A stretch of 64,000 bases of DNA from Candidatus Brocadiia bacterium (lineage in GTDB: Bacteria > Planctomycetota > Brocadiia > CAIUPP01). Shown one piece after another: positions 48,786 through 58,460 of the stretch (position 1 is its first letter; each line of letters begins with the position of its first letter). The notes under the pieces were generated by a model. It did no database searches. It worked only from the letters and a program-made list of their open reading frames with translations, and was not told where the DNA came from. Location of the stretch: NCBI GenBank assembly GCA_050015075.1, contig JBEKCB010000007.1, forward strand, positions 32,001-96,000. Reading direction: 5' to 3'. The position numbers were made by a program, and so were the translations under genes.

Positions 48786-50070
48786 CGTTCCGTTCCTCCG
48801 CTCAACTGTCCAGGACATGGCCGACCTTTCGGGCGACCGTTTCCATTGTCAACGGCTTCAACATGAAGGCGGCGTCGGTATCGGGTGCGCCTTGATGTAA
48901 AATCGCGTCGTCCGCTTCCTCCCGGATCTTCCGGACTTGGGAAAGGACCTCCATAAAGGCGTCGAAGACGGCCGGGTCGAAGTGCTTTCCGCGCTCCTCT
49001 CGCATGATCTCAATCGTCTGTGCTTCGGGGATCGCCGGATGATAGACCCGGGCGTGCGTCATGGCGTCATAGACGTCGGCGACGGCCACGATGCGCGCGC
49101 TGAGCGGAATGGCCTCGCCGACCAGTCCCTCGGGATAGCCGCTGCCGTCCCATTTCTCATGGTGCGACATCGCAATATCCCCGGCCATGCGCAGCAACGG
49201 CGAGTTGGCGCCGGCCAGCACCTTCACCCCGATGACGGTATGCCGTTTGATGAACTCAAATTCCTCAGCGGTCAGCTTGCCCGGTTTCTGAAGTATGCCA
49301 TCCGGGACGCCGACCTTGCCGATGTCGTGCATCGGGGCCGCCAGGCGTATGTCCTCGAGTTCGCGCCCTTTCCATCCCAATTGCCGGGCGATTTGCCAGG
49401 CGTAGAGGCCGATGCGCTTGACGTGCGCTCCGGTTTCCTCGTCGCGATACTCCGTGGCGGACAGCAGTCTCAGGGTGGTTTCCTCCTGGGCCGCCCGGAC
49501 TTCCGCCGTTCGCTCGCTGACTTTCTGCTCGAGTTCCCATTCACGGTCCTGGCTCGCCCTGACCATGCGGCGGCGCTCCAGGGCGTTGACAATATTGATG
49601 GCCAACTCATTGGCTTCGAATGGCTTGACGATATAGCCGTAAGCCCCCAGTTGCAGCGCACGGATGGCGGTGGGCCGGTCGTCAACGCCCGTCACCATGA
49701 TGACGGCGATGTCCGGGCGGGCCTGCCGGACTTTCTCCAAAAGTTCCAGACCTGACATCCCCGGCATCGTGATGTCCAGCACCACCAGCGAGTATTCCGC
49801 GCGCTGGAGCATTTCCCACGCCGCTTCCCCGCTCGCGGCGAGGTCGCACTCGTAGCCCTCGAAGGTGAGCTGGCGGGCCACGAGGCGCCGCAGGAACTCT
49901 TCGTCGTCCACCACGAGAATGCGATCCCGCAATTTCACTGCCATCGTCAACCTGCTTCCTTCAACTATCCAGAACCTGCCGGACTTTATGGACGATCGTT
50001 TCGACGGTGAACGGCTTCTGCATGAAGGCGACACTAATGTCGAGCACGCCGTCGTGCACAATCGCATTGT
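47760..50070. repeat. ~1.16-kb tandem duplication (kinase 3' end + HD-GYP gene)
   Basis: Stops at 49961 and 48802 and starts at 49944 and 48785 are both offset by 1159 bp; high visible identity. Confidence 0.9.
48802..49944 (-). CDS. REC + HD-GYP phosphodiesterase
   Basis: RDEETGAH, HDIGK, HHEKWDGSGYP and VADVYDA intact; C-terminal tail derived from the kinase REC domain. Confidence 0.92.
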   Translation of the reverse strand: MAVKLRDRILVVDDEEFLRRLVARQLTFEGYECDLAASGEAAWEMLQRAEYSLVVLDITMPGMSGLELLEKVRQARPDIAVIMVTGVDDRPTAIRALQLGAYGYIVKPFEANELAINIVNALERRRMVRASQDREWELEQKVSERTAEVRAAQEETTLRLLSATEYRDEETGAHVKRIGLYAWQIARQLGWKGRELEDIRLAAPMHDIGKVGVPDGILQKPGKLTAEEFEFIKRHTVIGVKVLAGANSPLLRMAGDIAMSHHEKWDGSGYPEGLVGEAIPLSARIVAVADVYDAMTHARVYHPAIPEAQTIEIMREERGKHFDPAVFDAFMEVLSQVRKIREEADDAILHQGAPDTDAAFMLKPLTMETVARKVGHVLDS

Positions 50071-53000
50071 CCGTGTAACCGGACATGTAGAGCACCTTGA
50101 GACCGGGCAGCTTGGTCTTCAGCCGGTCAGCAAGCTCGTGTCCGCTGATTCCGGACATGACCATGTCCGTCAGCAGCAAGGCAATCGGTCCTTCATGTTC
50201 CGCGACCAGGCGTTCTGCCTCCTCGCCGGAGGCGGCCGTCAACACCGCGTATCCCCGCGCCTTCAGGACGCGTTCCGCGATCTGGCGGACGGGCGTCTCG
50301 TCCTCGACAATGAGAAGGGTTTCGCTGCCGCCCTCGGCCGAGGGCGCCACCGCGACTTTGACTGGGGCGAGCGCTTCTTCGACCCTGGGCAGATAAATCT
50401 TGAAGGTGGTCCCTTTGCCCGGCTCGCTGTAAACCCAGATGTTGCCGCCGTGCTGCGTGACGATGCCGTAGACGGTGGCCAGGCCCAGGCCCGTTCCCTT
50501 GCCCTTCTCCTTCGTCGTGAAGAACGGCTCAAAGAGGTGGCCCTTCGTGGCGGCGTCCATGCCGTGCCCCGTGTCCGACACGGCCAGCATGACATAGGGT
50601 CCGGGCTTGACGGAGACATGTTGGCCGGCATACTCCGCGTCCAGCTCGACATTCGCCGTCTCCAGCGTGAGTTTCCCGCCGGTCGGCATGGCGTCCCGCG
50701 CGTTGACGGCGAGGTTCACGAGGACCTGCTCCATCTGGCCGGGGTCGGCCCGGACGTTGCCGAGGTCCGGCGCCGGCGTGAATCGAATGTCAATGTCCTC
50801 GCCCAACACCCGCTTCAGCATCTTGCTGGCCTCCGCGGCCGTGTCATTGATATTGAGGACTTGCATCGCCAGCGGCTGACGGCGGCTGAACGCGAGCAGT
50901 TGCCGCGTCAGCTCGGCGGCCCGTTTCGTCAGCCGCTGAACTTCCGCCAGATCCTCCCGCATCGGCGACGCCGCATCCAGTTGGTCCGAGACGAGTTCGA
51001 CGTAGCCGCCGATGCCCGTCAGGATGTTGTTGAAGTCGTGCGCCACACCCCCGGCGAGACGGCCGACGGACTCCATCTTCTGGGCTTGTTGGAGTTGCGC
51101 ATCGAGCGCGGCGCGCTCAATTTCCGAGCGTTTGCGCCCGGTGATGTCGTGCAGGAAACAGACCAGGCGCCCGCCGTGAATCGGGAGGAAATTGAGGCTG
51201 ATATCCAGGTGCATCAGCGTTCCGTCTTTGCGGCGATGCCGCCGCTCGAACTGCGCCTTGCCTTCCTGGATCACGCGGCTGAGTTGCAGCATGACCTGGG
51301 GCCCCGTTTCATCGGCTTCGAGGTCGGGGATGGACATGCGCAGCAGTTCGTCGCGGCTGTAACCGGTCATGCGGCAAAAGGTGTCGTTCACCTCCAGGAA
51401 GCGCCCCTGCAGGTCGGCCAGGTAGAAGCCCTCCATCGTGGTTTTCAGAATCGTGCGGAGTTCCTCTTCGCTTTCGCGCAACGCGGCCTCGTCGCGCTTG
51501 CGCTCGGTGACGTCGCGGAGGAAGCAAACGTAGCGCCCGCCATGGGTCGAGATGAAGTTGACGCTGACATCCAGATCCGCCAGCGTTCCGTCCTTGCGGC
51601 GCTGGCGCCGCTCGAACCGCGCCTTCCCTTTCTCTGTGATGCGCCGGAGGTTGGCCGCGACCTCGGCGGGTGTTTCATCGGCTTCGACGTCGGGAATGGA
51701 CATGTGCAGCAGTTCGTCGCGGCTGTAACCGATCATGCTGCAATAGGTGTCGTTCACCTCCAGGAAGCGCCCCTGGTGGTCGAAGATGAAAACCCCTTCC
51801 ATGGTGGTTTTCAGGATCGTCCGGCTTTCCTCCTCCTGTTCGCGGACCGCGGCCACCGCGCGCTTGCGCTCGGTAATGTCGCGAATGTTGCATTGGATCA
51901 CCTTGTGATGGTCCACCGCGTAGACGTTGCTGACGAACTCCACGCTGATCTTTCGCCCGTCGGCCGTTTCCAGCGGCAAGTCGTCGTAACGGACGAATCC
52001 CTTCTTCTGCAATTCCATGAACTTAGCCTGGTTGGCCCAGACATCCTTGAAGAACCCCAGGTCCCAGACCGCCTTGTTCAGGAACTGCTCATGCGAAAAA
52101 CTCAACAACTCGATCAGGAACGGGTTCACGTCGGTGACCATGCCGGTCTCTGGATCGAGGAGCAGGATGCCGTCTTTGGCCGCCTCGAAGAGCCGGCGAT
52201 AGCGCATCTCCGAGTCGCGCAGCACATTCTCCGCCAGCTTGCGCTCGGTGATGTCCATATAAGTCCCGAGCAGGCCGCTGATCTCGCCCGTAGAACTGCG
52301 CAGAGGCAGCTTGTTCGTAAGAATCGTGATGGTTTTCCCTTCGGGAGTCGTCAGGAGTTCTTCGATGAGCAAATTGGAGCAACCGCTCTCAACGACCTGG
52401 CGGTCATCGCTGCGATACGATTCCGCCCGATCACGCCACCCCATCTGATAATCATCTTTGCCGATAATGTCCTTCGAACCGGCAAATCCCGCGTCGCGCG
52501 CAAATATCTCGTTACAGCCCAGGTAAACGAGATTCTTGTCCTTCCAGAACACCCTCACGGGGATCGCGTTGATAATCCCTTCGGTGATCTGTTGCGACGA
52601 GTGCAGCGTTTCTTCCGCCTGCTTGCGCTCGGTGATGTCTCGGGCATACAGGTTCACGTAGCCCTGGCCGACGACGGGGGCCAAGGTTGCGCTGAACGTG
52701 CGATCCCCCGCCTGGAACTCGAAGTTGACCGGGCGCTCCTTCGCAAGCGTTTCGCCGATGCGCGCCTGCCATTCGGCGTTGACCGCGCCGCCCACCGCGG
52801 CGCCCATCGTGAGGAGAATGGAGTCCGACGCCGCGTTTGCGTATTCCAGGAGGCCCTGGACAGACAGGCGCACCACCGGGTTCGGGTTTTCCGCGGGGAA
52901 CCGCGAGAGTGCTTCGATCTGCGCTGCGGCTCGCTTGCGCTCGGTGATGTCGCGGATGTTGCACTGGATCACCTTCTGGTGGTTCACGAGATAGACGTTG

Positions 53001-53965
53001 CTGACGAACTCGACGTGGCTCTGTCGTCCGTCGGCGGTTTCGAGCGGCAAGTCCTCATAGCGGACGTACCCTTTCCGCTGCAACTCCAGAAAATTGGCCC
53101 GGTTGGCGAAGATGTCCTTGAGGAATCCAAGTTCCCAGACCTTCATTTGGAGGAATTGGTCGCGCGAGAAACCCAACAGCTCGATCAGGAACGGATTTAC
53201 GTCCACGACCATGCCGGTCTCGGCGTTCAGGATCAAGATCCCATCTTTGGCCGCCTCGAAAAGCCGGCGATACCGAAGCTCCGAGTCGCGCAGCGCCTCC
53301 GAGGCCCGCTGGTGTGCAAGGGCAATTCCGATGCTTGAGCCAATCCCTTCGAGAAACTGGATTTTGTCCAACGTGAACATCCCCTTCCGGTGGTCATTGA
53401 GTTGAAGCAGGCCAATGACCTCGTCGCCGGAGCGCAGCGGAACCAGCGCCACGGACTCATACCCCTCGTCGTTGCATCGGTTGCGCGTGCGGGCCTGGCG
53501 CTCCTGCTCCGTGGCGCCGGCCGGGAGTTCCTCCATGCAGTTCGTCCAGAAGCTTCCCGCCGGCGTGAGGAAGGGCATCCCCGGGTCGTTTCGGCCGCAG
53601 AGGACGTTGCCGCATGCGCATTTCAATGCCGGCTGGCCGCTCGCTTCCCGAACGATCTTCCCGTCCGCGTCCCGCGCGCAGAGGAAGCGCTCCGCTTCGA
53701 CGAACGATTCCGGGAAGCCGCTGGTCTCGTAATAAGGGAAGTCATCGCCCTCCCGCATCCGGAGGCCGACCGCCTCCAGGCCCGTTTTTTCCTTGATGAG
53801 GTGCAGGATGTCCTTCATGAGCTGCGCGACGTCATTGCCGCGGTTGAGCGTCGCCAGTATCTGCGCGTTCAACTCCTGGCGCGCCTCCGGCAGTTTCCGC
53901 GCGGTCTTGGCCTCGAAAGGCGGTACGTGGTTCATGCGCTTGTCTTCCCGTACGCGAGTTTTCAT
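49961..53965 (-). CDS. GAF + multi-PAS hybrid histidine kinase (CckA-like HK-REC)
   Basis: QAQKMESVGRLAGGVAHDFNN, NLAVNARDAM and GTGLGL motifs; C-terminal REC; ATG at 53965. Confidence 0.95.
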   Translation of the reverse strand: MKTRVREDKRMNHVPPFEAKTARKLPEARQELNAQILATLNRGNDVAQLMKDILHLIKEKTGLEAVGLRMREGDDFPYYETSGFPESFVEAERFLCARDADGKIVREASGQPALKCACGNVLCGRNDPGMPFLTPAGSFWTNCMEELPAGATEQERQARTRNRCNDEGYESVALVPLRSGDEVIGLLQLNDHRKGMFTLDKIQFLEGIGSSIGIALAHQRASEALRDSELRYRRLFEAAKDGILILNAETGMVVDVNPFLIELLGFSRDQFLQMKVWELGFLKDIFANRANFLELQRKGYVRYEDLPLETADGRQSHVEFVSNVYLVNHQKVIQCNIRDITERKRAAAQIEALSRFPAENPNPVVRLSVQGLLEYANAASDSILLTMGAAVGGAVNAEWQARIGETLAKERPVNFEFQAGDRTFSATLAPVVGQGYVNLYARDITERKQAEETLHSSQQITEGIINAIPVRVFWKDKNLVYLGCNEIFARDAGFAGSKDIIGKDDYQMGWRDRAESYRSDDRQVVESGCSNLLIEELLTTPEGKTITILTNKLPLRSSTGEISGLLGTYMDITERKLAENVLRDSEMRYRRLFEAAKDGILLLDPETGMVTDVNPFLIELLSFSHEQFLNKAVWDLGFFKDVWANQAKFMELQKKGFVRYDDLPLETADGRKISVEFVSNVYAVDHHKVIQCNIRDITERKRAVAAVREQEEESRTILKTTMEGVFIFDHQGRFLEVNDTYCSMIGYSRDELLHMSIPDVEADETPAEVAANLRRITEKGKARFERRQRRKDGTLADLDVSVNFISTHGGRYVCFLRDVTERKRDEAALRESEEELRTILKTTMEGFYLADLQGRFLEVNDTFCRMTGYSRDELLRMSIPDLEADETGPQVMLQLSRVIQEGKAQFERRHRRKDGTLMHLDISLNFLPIHGGRLVCFLHDITGRKRSEIERAALDAQLQQAQKMESVGRLAGGVAHDFNNILTGIGGYVELVSDQLDAASPMREDLAEVQRLTKRAAELTRQLLAFSRRQPLAMQVLNINDTAAEASKMLKRVLGEDIDIRFTPAPDLGNVRADPGQMEQVLVNLAVNARDAMPTGGKLTLETANVELDAEYAGQHVSVKPGPYVMLAVSDTGHGMDAATKGHLFEPFFTTKEKGKGTGLGLATVYGIVTQHGGNIWVYSEPGKGTTFKIYLPRVEEALAPVKVAVAPSAEGGSETLLIVEDETPVRQIAERVLKARGYAVLTAASGEEAERLVAEHEGPIALLLTDMVMSGISGHELADRLKTKLPGLKVLYMSGYTDNAIVHDGVLDISVAFMQKPFTVETIVHKVRQVLDS

Positions 53966-54222
53966 GTCTTCTCCACTTCCGGGCCGGAGTTCGGCAAGCC
54001 GTCCTGATAAAGCCGCACTCGCTCCCAGATGAGGCTGAGCTTCTCGATCACTTCCTGGACCTTGGTCCAGAATTCGCGGATATCTTTGACATGCCGCTCC
54101 CATTTGGACTGGCCCATGCGTTTCATATAGGCCCGCCGAACCAGTGTGCTCATCTTTCCGAAGTCGGCTTCGGTGTGAACCACCGGCATCCAAATTGGTT
54201 TCCTCGTCAAGTGTTGGTTCAT
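53962..54222 (-). pseudogene. Short, probably truncated hypothetical protein
   Basis: PVVHTEADFG..W..RVRLYQDGLP looks like the N-terminus of a longer conserved protein; ends abruptly at the kinase start codon. Confidence 0.45.
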
Positions 54223-54809
54223 GTTCGCTCGAATCCGCTCCCGCCGGTTCGCACTGGGTGAGGCATCACAACTTTGTCGGTACGCCGATTTCTATGGGAC
54301 CTGATGCCTGCTTATGGAACTTGTGCTATGGCGCAGGCTCCATACCTTGAAAACCTCACTTCCGTGTGCACGCCCGTCGCTCCAGGGCGCGATCGCACAG
54401 GCGCTTCCAACTTGAAAGCGCAAAAGTCGTGCCGCAGAGCGAATTAATCCGTGAGTTGTCCTTATCGTCATAGATATCAGCCAATTGAACCAATCCTCCT
54501 CCAAGTCTCCTTAGGAAGGAGAAGGTTAGCATAGAACGTTAACACCTCATCGAGTGAAAGATATAAGGAAGGCAGGGTCTGGTGAGCGTCCGTTGTTGTG
54601 AGGATATCTTCGAACACGTTAAGTTGCCTTGGAAGGTAATCCCCATGTCGCTGCCCCAATACTATTATGTGCGAGTGGAGGGGTAATAGATATAGCCTGT
54701 ATAGGTTAATTCATGCGGCTTTTAGCCCTACCTAAGAAAAGCCGTAAGGATGGACTACTATGTGTGTGGCAATGCCTGCTTTGATGGTGCAACGAACGCA
54801 GGGCGGGGC

Positions 54810-55062
54810 TGGCCTTCCGCTTCCCTTTGAGAACGTCCTCAACGACGAAATGGGCGATCTTTGGACTGAGATAGTGGCGTCCTGCGCGGACCTCCCTCAC
54901 GGCTTCGATCGCGCCCGGCACGCGCATCTCTTTCGTCAAGTGTCCCGGCGTGCCGACCGCCAACACCTACTCCGCCATGGGTTTCGTATCGTGGAGGCTC
55001 AGGATGATGCCCTTCGCTGTTGGGGCTCCCTTGACCAGTTGTTTTACGGTCTCAATTCCGTT
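54810..55062 (-). pseudogene. NarL/LuxR-type receiver domain fragment
   Basis: NGIETVKQL..GIILSLHD..(TAG)..GHLTKE..AVREVRAGRHYLSPKIA; lacks N-terminus and HTH and has an internal stop. Confidence 0.65.
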
Positions 55063-55063
55063 T

Positions 55064-55192
55064 GCGTGGCCAATAACTGCGCGTTCAACTCCTGGCGAGC
55101 CTCCGGCAGCTTCCGAGCAGGATTGGCCCCGACACCGACAGGGGGACGTGGTTCATGCGCTTGTCTTCGCATACGCGAGTTTTCATGTCTTC
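55064..55192. repeat. Second copy of the kinase 5' end (53848..53971)
   Basis: GCGTTCAACTCCTGGCG..ACGTGGTTCATGCGCTTGTCTTC..TACGCGAGTTTTCATGTCTTC is shared by both loci. Confidence 0.9.
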
Positions 55193-56013
55193 ACCTGAGA
55201 CTGAATCCCTGACAGCCGTTTGTGCATGCGAAGTTCCTCCTCGGTCTGTTTCCAACGAGAGATGTCGCGGAACAACCAGATTCGGCCGCAACATCTTTCG
55301 CCGGATCCGAACATCGGAGCGGAATCGCATTCGAAAGTCTTTCCGTCCTTCAGCTCAAGTTCATCCTTACTGATGGCGTGGTCTCCATAGAGGCGGGTCA
55401 AACGTGCGACGAGACCCCGGCGATCGGCGAGACTGCAGAGGATGATGTGTTGAACACGCTTGTCGGAGCCCGCCTCCATGACCTCGAGCGGAATGCTCCA
55501 GAGGTCCATGAAGCGCCTGTTGAAATGGATGATCCTGCGCTGCTCGTCCACCACGAGCACTCCGTCCGCGCAGAGTTCAAACTGGGTTGAAAGAATCGCG
55601 GTCTTGAGTTCAAGTTCTTCCTCGATCCGCTTGCGCTCAACCGCGTGGCGAACAGATCGAATGAGCGAGGCGCTGTCGAAGTGGCACTTGACGAGGTAGT
55701 CCTGCGCCCCTTCGCGCAGCGCGCTGAAAGCCCGCGCCCCATCGTCAAGCCCCGTCAGAACCACGACCGGAGCATGAGGCAACTGCGAGTGAACGGTGCG
55801 CAGGGTATCAAGGCCCTGGCTGTCCGGCAGCGCCAGGTCCAGCAGCACCACGTCAACGCCGCCTCCGGCGTAACGATCCAGTCCGCTTGAGAGCCGGCTG
55901 ACCCAATCCAGGTCAACGTCAATCTCCGTCACTTCCGCGAGCATCTCGCGGATGACCTGCGCGTCGGCGGGGTTATCCTCGATCAACAGGATCTGGAGGT
56001 GTTCACGAGTCAT
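55183..56013 (-). CDS. REC-PAS signalling protein without output domain
   Basis: ILLIEDN..LLDLALPD..DYLVK, then PAS (DGVLVVD..FRDIS). Confidence 0.85.
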   Translation of the reverse strand: MTREHLQILLIEDNPADAQVIREMLAEVTEIDVDLDWVSRLSSGLDRYAGGGVDVVLLDLALPDSQGLDTLRTVHSQLPHAPVVVLTGLDDGARAFSALREGAQDYLVKCHFDSASLIRSVRHAVERKRIEEELELKTAILSTQFELCADGVLVVDEQRRIIHFNRRFMDLWSIPLEVMEAGSDKRVQHIILCSLADRRGLVARLTRLYGDHAISKDELELKDGKTFECDSAPMFGSGERCCGRIWLFRDISRWKQTEEELRMHKRLSGIQSQVKT

Positions 56014-56461
56014 TTTCGTCGTCCTGAGAAAGCATGACCTGATGGAACCAGAAATCTTCGATGGCCTTTACGACCTTGACATAGTCATCCAGGTCAACGG
56101 GTTTGGTGATGTAGCAGTTGGCATGCAGGTCGTAGGCCATGTCCACATCCTGCCTCGCCCGGGAGGTGGTCAAAACGATAACGGGAATGCGTTTCAAGCT
56201 TGGGTCGCTCTTGATGTCCGCCAACAGCTCCCGTCCGTCCTTTCTGGGCAGGTTGAGGTCCAGCAGGATAAGATTGGGGCGCCAATGGCTGGGACATTCG
56301 CCGCTCCCGCGAAGCAGGGTCAGCGCCTCTTCGCCGTCCTGGGCCAGGGTGAGATGGGCCAACCCGCCGCGACTCTTCAGGATTTCCACCATCAGGCGGA
56401 CGTCGCTGGGGCTGTCCTCGACCAAGAGAACCTCAATGGCTTTCGTCAGTTCGTCAATCAC
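56003..56461 (-). CDS. Single-domain response regulator (Rcp1-like)
   Basis: LLVEDSPSD, LLDLNLPRKDG, VLTTS and ANCYITKPVD motifs. Confidence 0.93.
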   Translation of the reverse strand: MIDELTKAIEVLLVEDSPSDVRLMVEILKSRGGLAHLTLAQDGEEALTLLRGSGECPSHWRPNLILLDLNLPRKDGRELLADIKSDPSLKRIPVIVLTTSRARQDVDMAYDLHANCYITKPVDLDDYVKVVKAIEDFWFHQVMLSQDDENDS

Positions 56462-57762
56462 GGCTCAAGGGTCCCTTCAGGCATGGTGAAGTGAAATATG
56501 GCCCCCTCACCAGGCTTTGATTCGGTCCAAATGGTTCCGCCGTGGCGCTCAACGATTTTCTTGCAAATGGCCAACCCGATGCCGGTGCCGGGATATTCTT
56601 CCGGAGTGTGCAGCCGCTGGAAGATCACAAAAATGCGCGCGGCATGCTTCGGGTCAATGCCGATACCGTTATCCGAAACGGAAAACAGCCAGTCGCCTTT
56701 GCGTTTTTGCGCGGAGATGTGAATGCGCGGCGGTTTCTCGCTGCGGAACTTGATGGCGTTGCCCACCAGGTTCTGGAAGAGCTGCGCAAACTGCACGGCG
56801 TCGGCCATGACCGTCGGCAGCGGGTCGCGAGTGACGAGTGCCCCGCTTTCCTTGATGGCCACGCGCAGGCCCGCAAGCACGTGATCCACAATGAGCGAAC
56901 AATCCGCCGGCTTGCGGTCTTGGGTGCGTGTGCCGACGTGAGAGTAGGCCAGGAGGTCGCAAATCAACTGTTTCATCCGGCTGGCGCCCCCGACGGCGTA
57001 TTTGATGAAATCGTCCGCATCGGCATCCAACTTGCCGCTGTATCGTTTCGCGAGCATTTGGACCATGCTGGTGACCGAGCGCAACGGCTCCTGGAGGTCG
57101 TGGGAGGCTACATATGCGAACTGCTCCAGTTCCTCGTTCGAGCGCTGGAGTTCTCGCGTGCGTTCGGCCACGCGCTGCTCCAGGTGTTCGTTGAGCGTCT
57201 GGAGTCTCTCCTCGACCCTCTTGCGCTCCGTGATATCCACCAGGTTCCCCAGAATGGCCTGCCTGCTTTGGAACTCGATGGAGGACACCGTCTCCATGAC
57301 CCATTTGACTTCTCCACTCTTGGTAAGTATGCGGCACTCATAGGGGATCGCGTACTGTCCCTTCAGCATCTTCATGGTGGTTGCCCGAACCGCTTCCCGG
57401 TCTTCGGGAAAGATCAGGCCCAGAGAGTCCATGCTCAGCAGTTCATCGTCGTTGTAACCGGTAAGCCTCTGGAATTCCGGGTTGACCATTCTGAATTGCC
57501 TGCCTTGCAGGATGTAGATGCCGGTCGGAGCGCTGAGGATGAGAGTTTGGAACAATTTTCCCGCCTCTTCCTTTTTGCCTTCGGCGGGCCGCACGGATGA
57601 CGCGCGCTCGACGACTTCCCCAGGGTCTCCGAGGCTGACATTTCCCCTCACGGAGGCCATGTCGTCTGCGCTCCGCAACTTCGAAGTGGAATGGTCACTG
57701 AATGCAGCCACTTGCTTCACGCGCTCCCAAAGCCTGACTTCATGACACTTGCTCTGATGCAT
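56458..57762 (-). CDS. PAS histidine kinase (Cph1-type transmitter)
   Basis: FAYVASHDLQEPLR, QNLVGNAIKF, FQRLH and GTGIGL motifs; start uncertain (57762 or 57660). Confidence 0.92.
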   Translation of the reverse strand: MHQSKCHEVRLWERVKQVAAFSDHSTSKLRSADDMASVRGNVSLGDPGEVVERASSVRPAEGKKEEAGKLFQTLILSAPTGIYILQGRQFRMVNPEFQRLTGYNDDELLSMDSLGLIFPEDREAVRATTMKMLKGQYAIPYECRILTKSGEVKWVMETVSSIEFQSRQAILGNLVDITERKRVEERLQTLNEHLEQRVAERTRELQRSNEELEQFAYVASHDLQEPLRSVTSMVQMLAKRYSGKLDADADDFIKYAVGGASRMKQLICDLLAYSHVGTRTQDRKPADCSLIVDHVLAGLRVAIKESGALVTRDPLPTVMADAVQFAQLFQNLVGNAIKFRSEKPPRIHISAQKRKGDWLFSVSDNGIGIDPKHAARIFVIFQRLHTPEEYPGTGIGLAICKKIVERHGGTIWTESKPGEGAIFHFTMPEGTLEP

Positions 57763-57771
57763 CCGCGCGTT

Positions 57772-58080
57772 TCAGCGCGCGGCGACCGCCAGTTCGAGCC
57801 GTTCAATCCGCTGCTTCATTTCCGCCACGCCCTCCGGGAGGACGCTCTCGCTCTGGGGACAAAAGGCCGGATTATGCGCCCACCAATCCATTCCCATCTC
57901 CTTGGCCTTATCCACGGAAGCAATCATCAGACGGATTTGAATGGTGAGGAGTTCGATGTCCACGAGCTTGATCTTGATGTCCCCGACGATAACGACACCT
58001 TTGTCGAGGACGCGCTCCAGCACGTCGGCAAGCGTGGAACTCTCGACGGAGTGTTGCATCGAACCAGGATGACCGACCAT
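57772..58080 (-). CDS. gvpJ: Gas vesicle protein, GvpA/GvpJ family
   Basis: SSTLADVLERVLDKGVVIVGDI..IELL..IASVDKAKEMGMDWW. Confidence 0.88.
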   Translation of the reverse strand: MVGHPGSMQHSVESSTLADVLERVLDKGVVIVGDIKIKLVDIELLTIQIRLMIASVDKAKEMGMDWWAHNPAFCPQSESVLPEGVAEMKQRIERLELAVAAR

Positions 58081-58094
58081 GTCAGACTCCCTTG

Positions 58095-58457
58095 CTAAAG
58101 CAATTTGCCCAGGGGACCGAGGTCAATGTTGAGATCCTCGTTCTCCAACCCGAACTCTTTCTTCAATCGCGCGACCTGCTCCGAGAGGTTCATAAAGGCG
58201 ATGCCGAGTCTTTCGGCCTCCTGCTCGGTCAGCGAACCGGACTCGATGCGCCGAATCGCCTGCCGTTCCAGGAGTTCCCGGATCAGCTCGACGAGCGTCA
58301 GCACCAGCTTCCCCAGACCGTTGGCCACATTCTCCTGGCCAAGCGCGATGCGGGGCGAGGCCACGGCCGACGGCGACATGATTCGCGCAAACGCGCCAAG
58401 GTCTTGCGACTCGGGCGCCGGCATTCTGCTGTGCGGCATGCACGGGCTCCTTTTCAC
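58095..58457 (-). CDS. gvpK: Gas vesicle protein GvpK
   Basis: GLGKLVLTLVELIRELLERQAIRR..DLNIDLGPLGKLL. Confidence 0.93.
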   Translation of the reverse strand: MKRSPCMPHSRMPAPESQDLGAFARIMSPSAVASPRIALGQENVANGLGKLVLTLVELIRELLERQAIRRIESGSLTEQEAERLGIAFMNLSEQVARLKKEFGLENEDLNIDLGPLGKLL

Positions 58458-58460
58458 GGG

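Noticed and set aside
53848-55192. Insertion sequence bounded by direct repeats
   Set aside because: No transposase or terminal inverted repeats; the repeats are diverged coding sequence.
56458-57762. Phytochrome light sensor controlling gas vesicles
   Set aside because: The transmitter is Cph1-like, but there is no GAF-PHY chromophore module, only one PAS domain.
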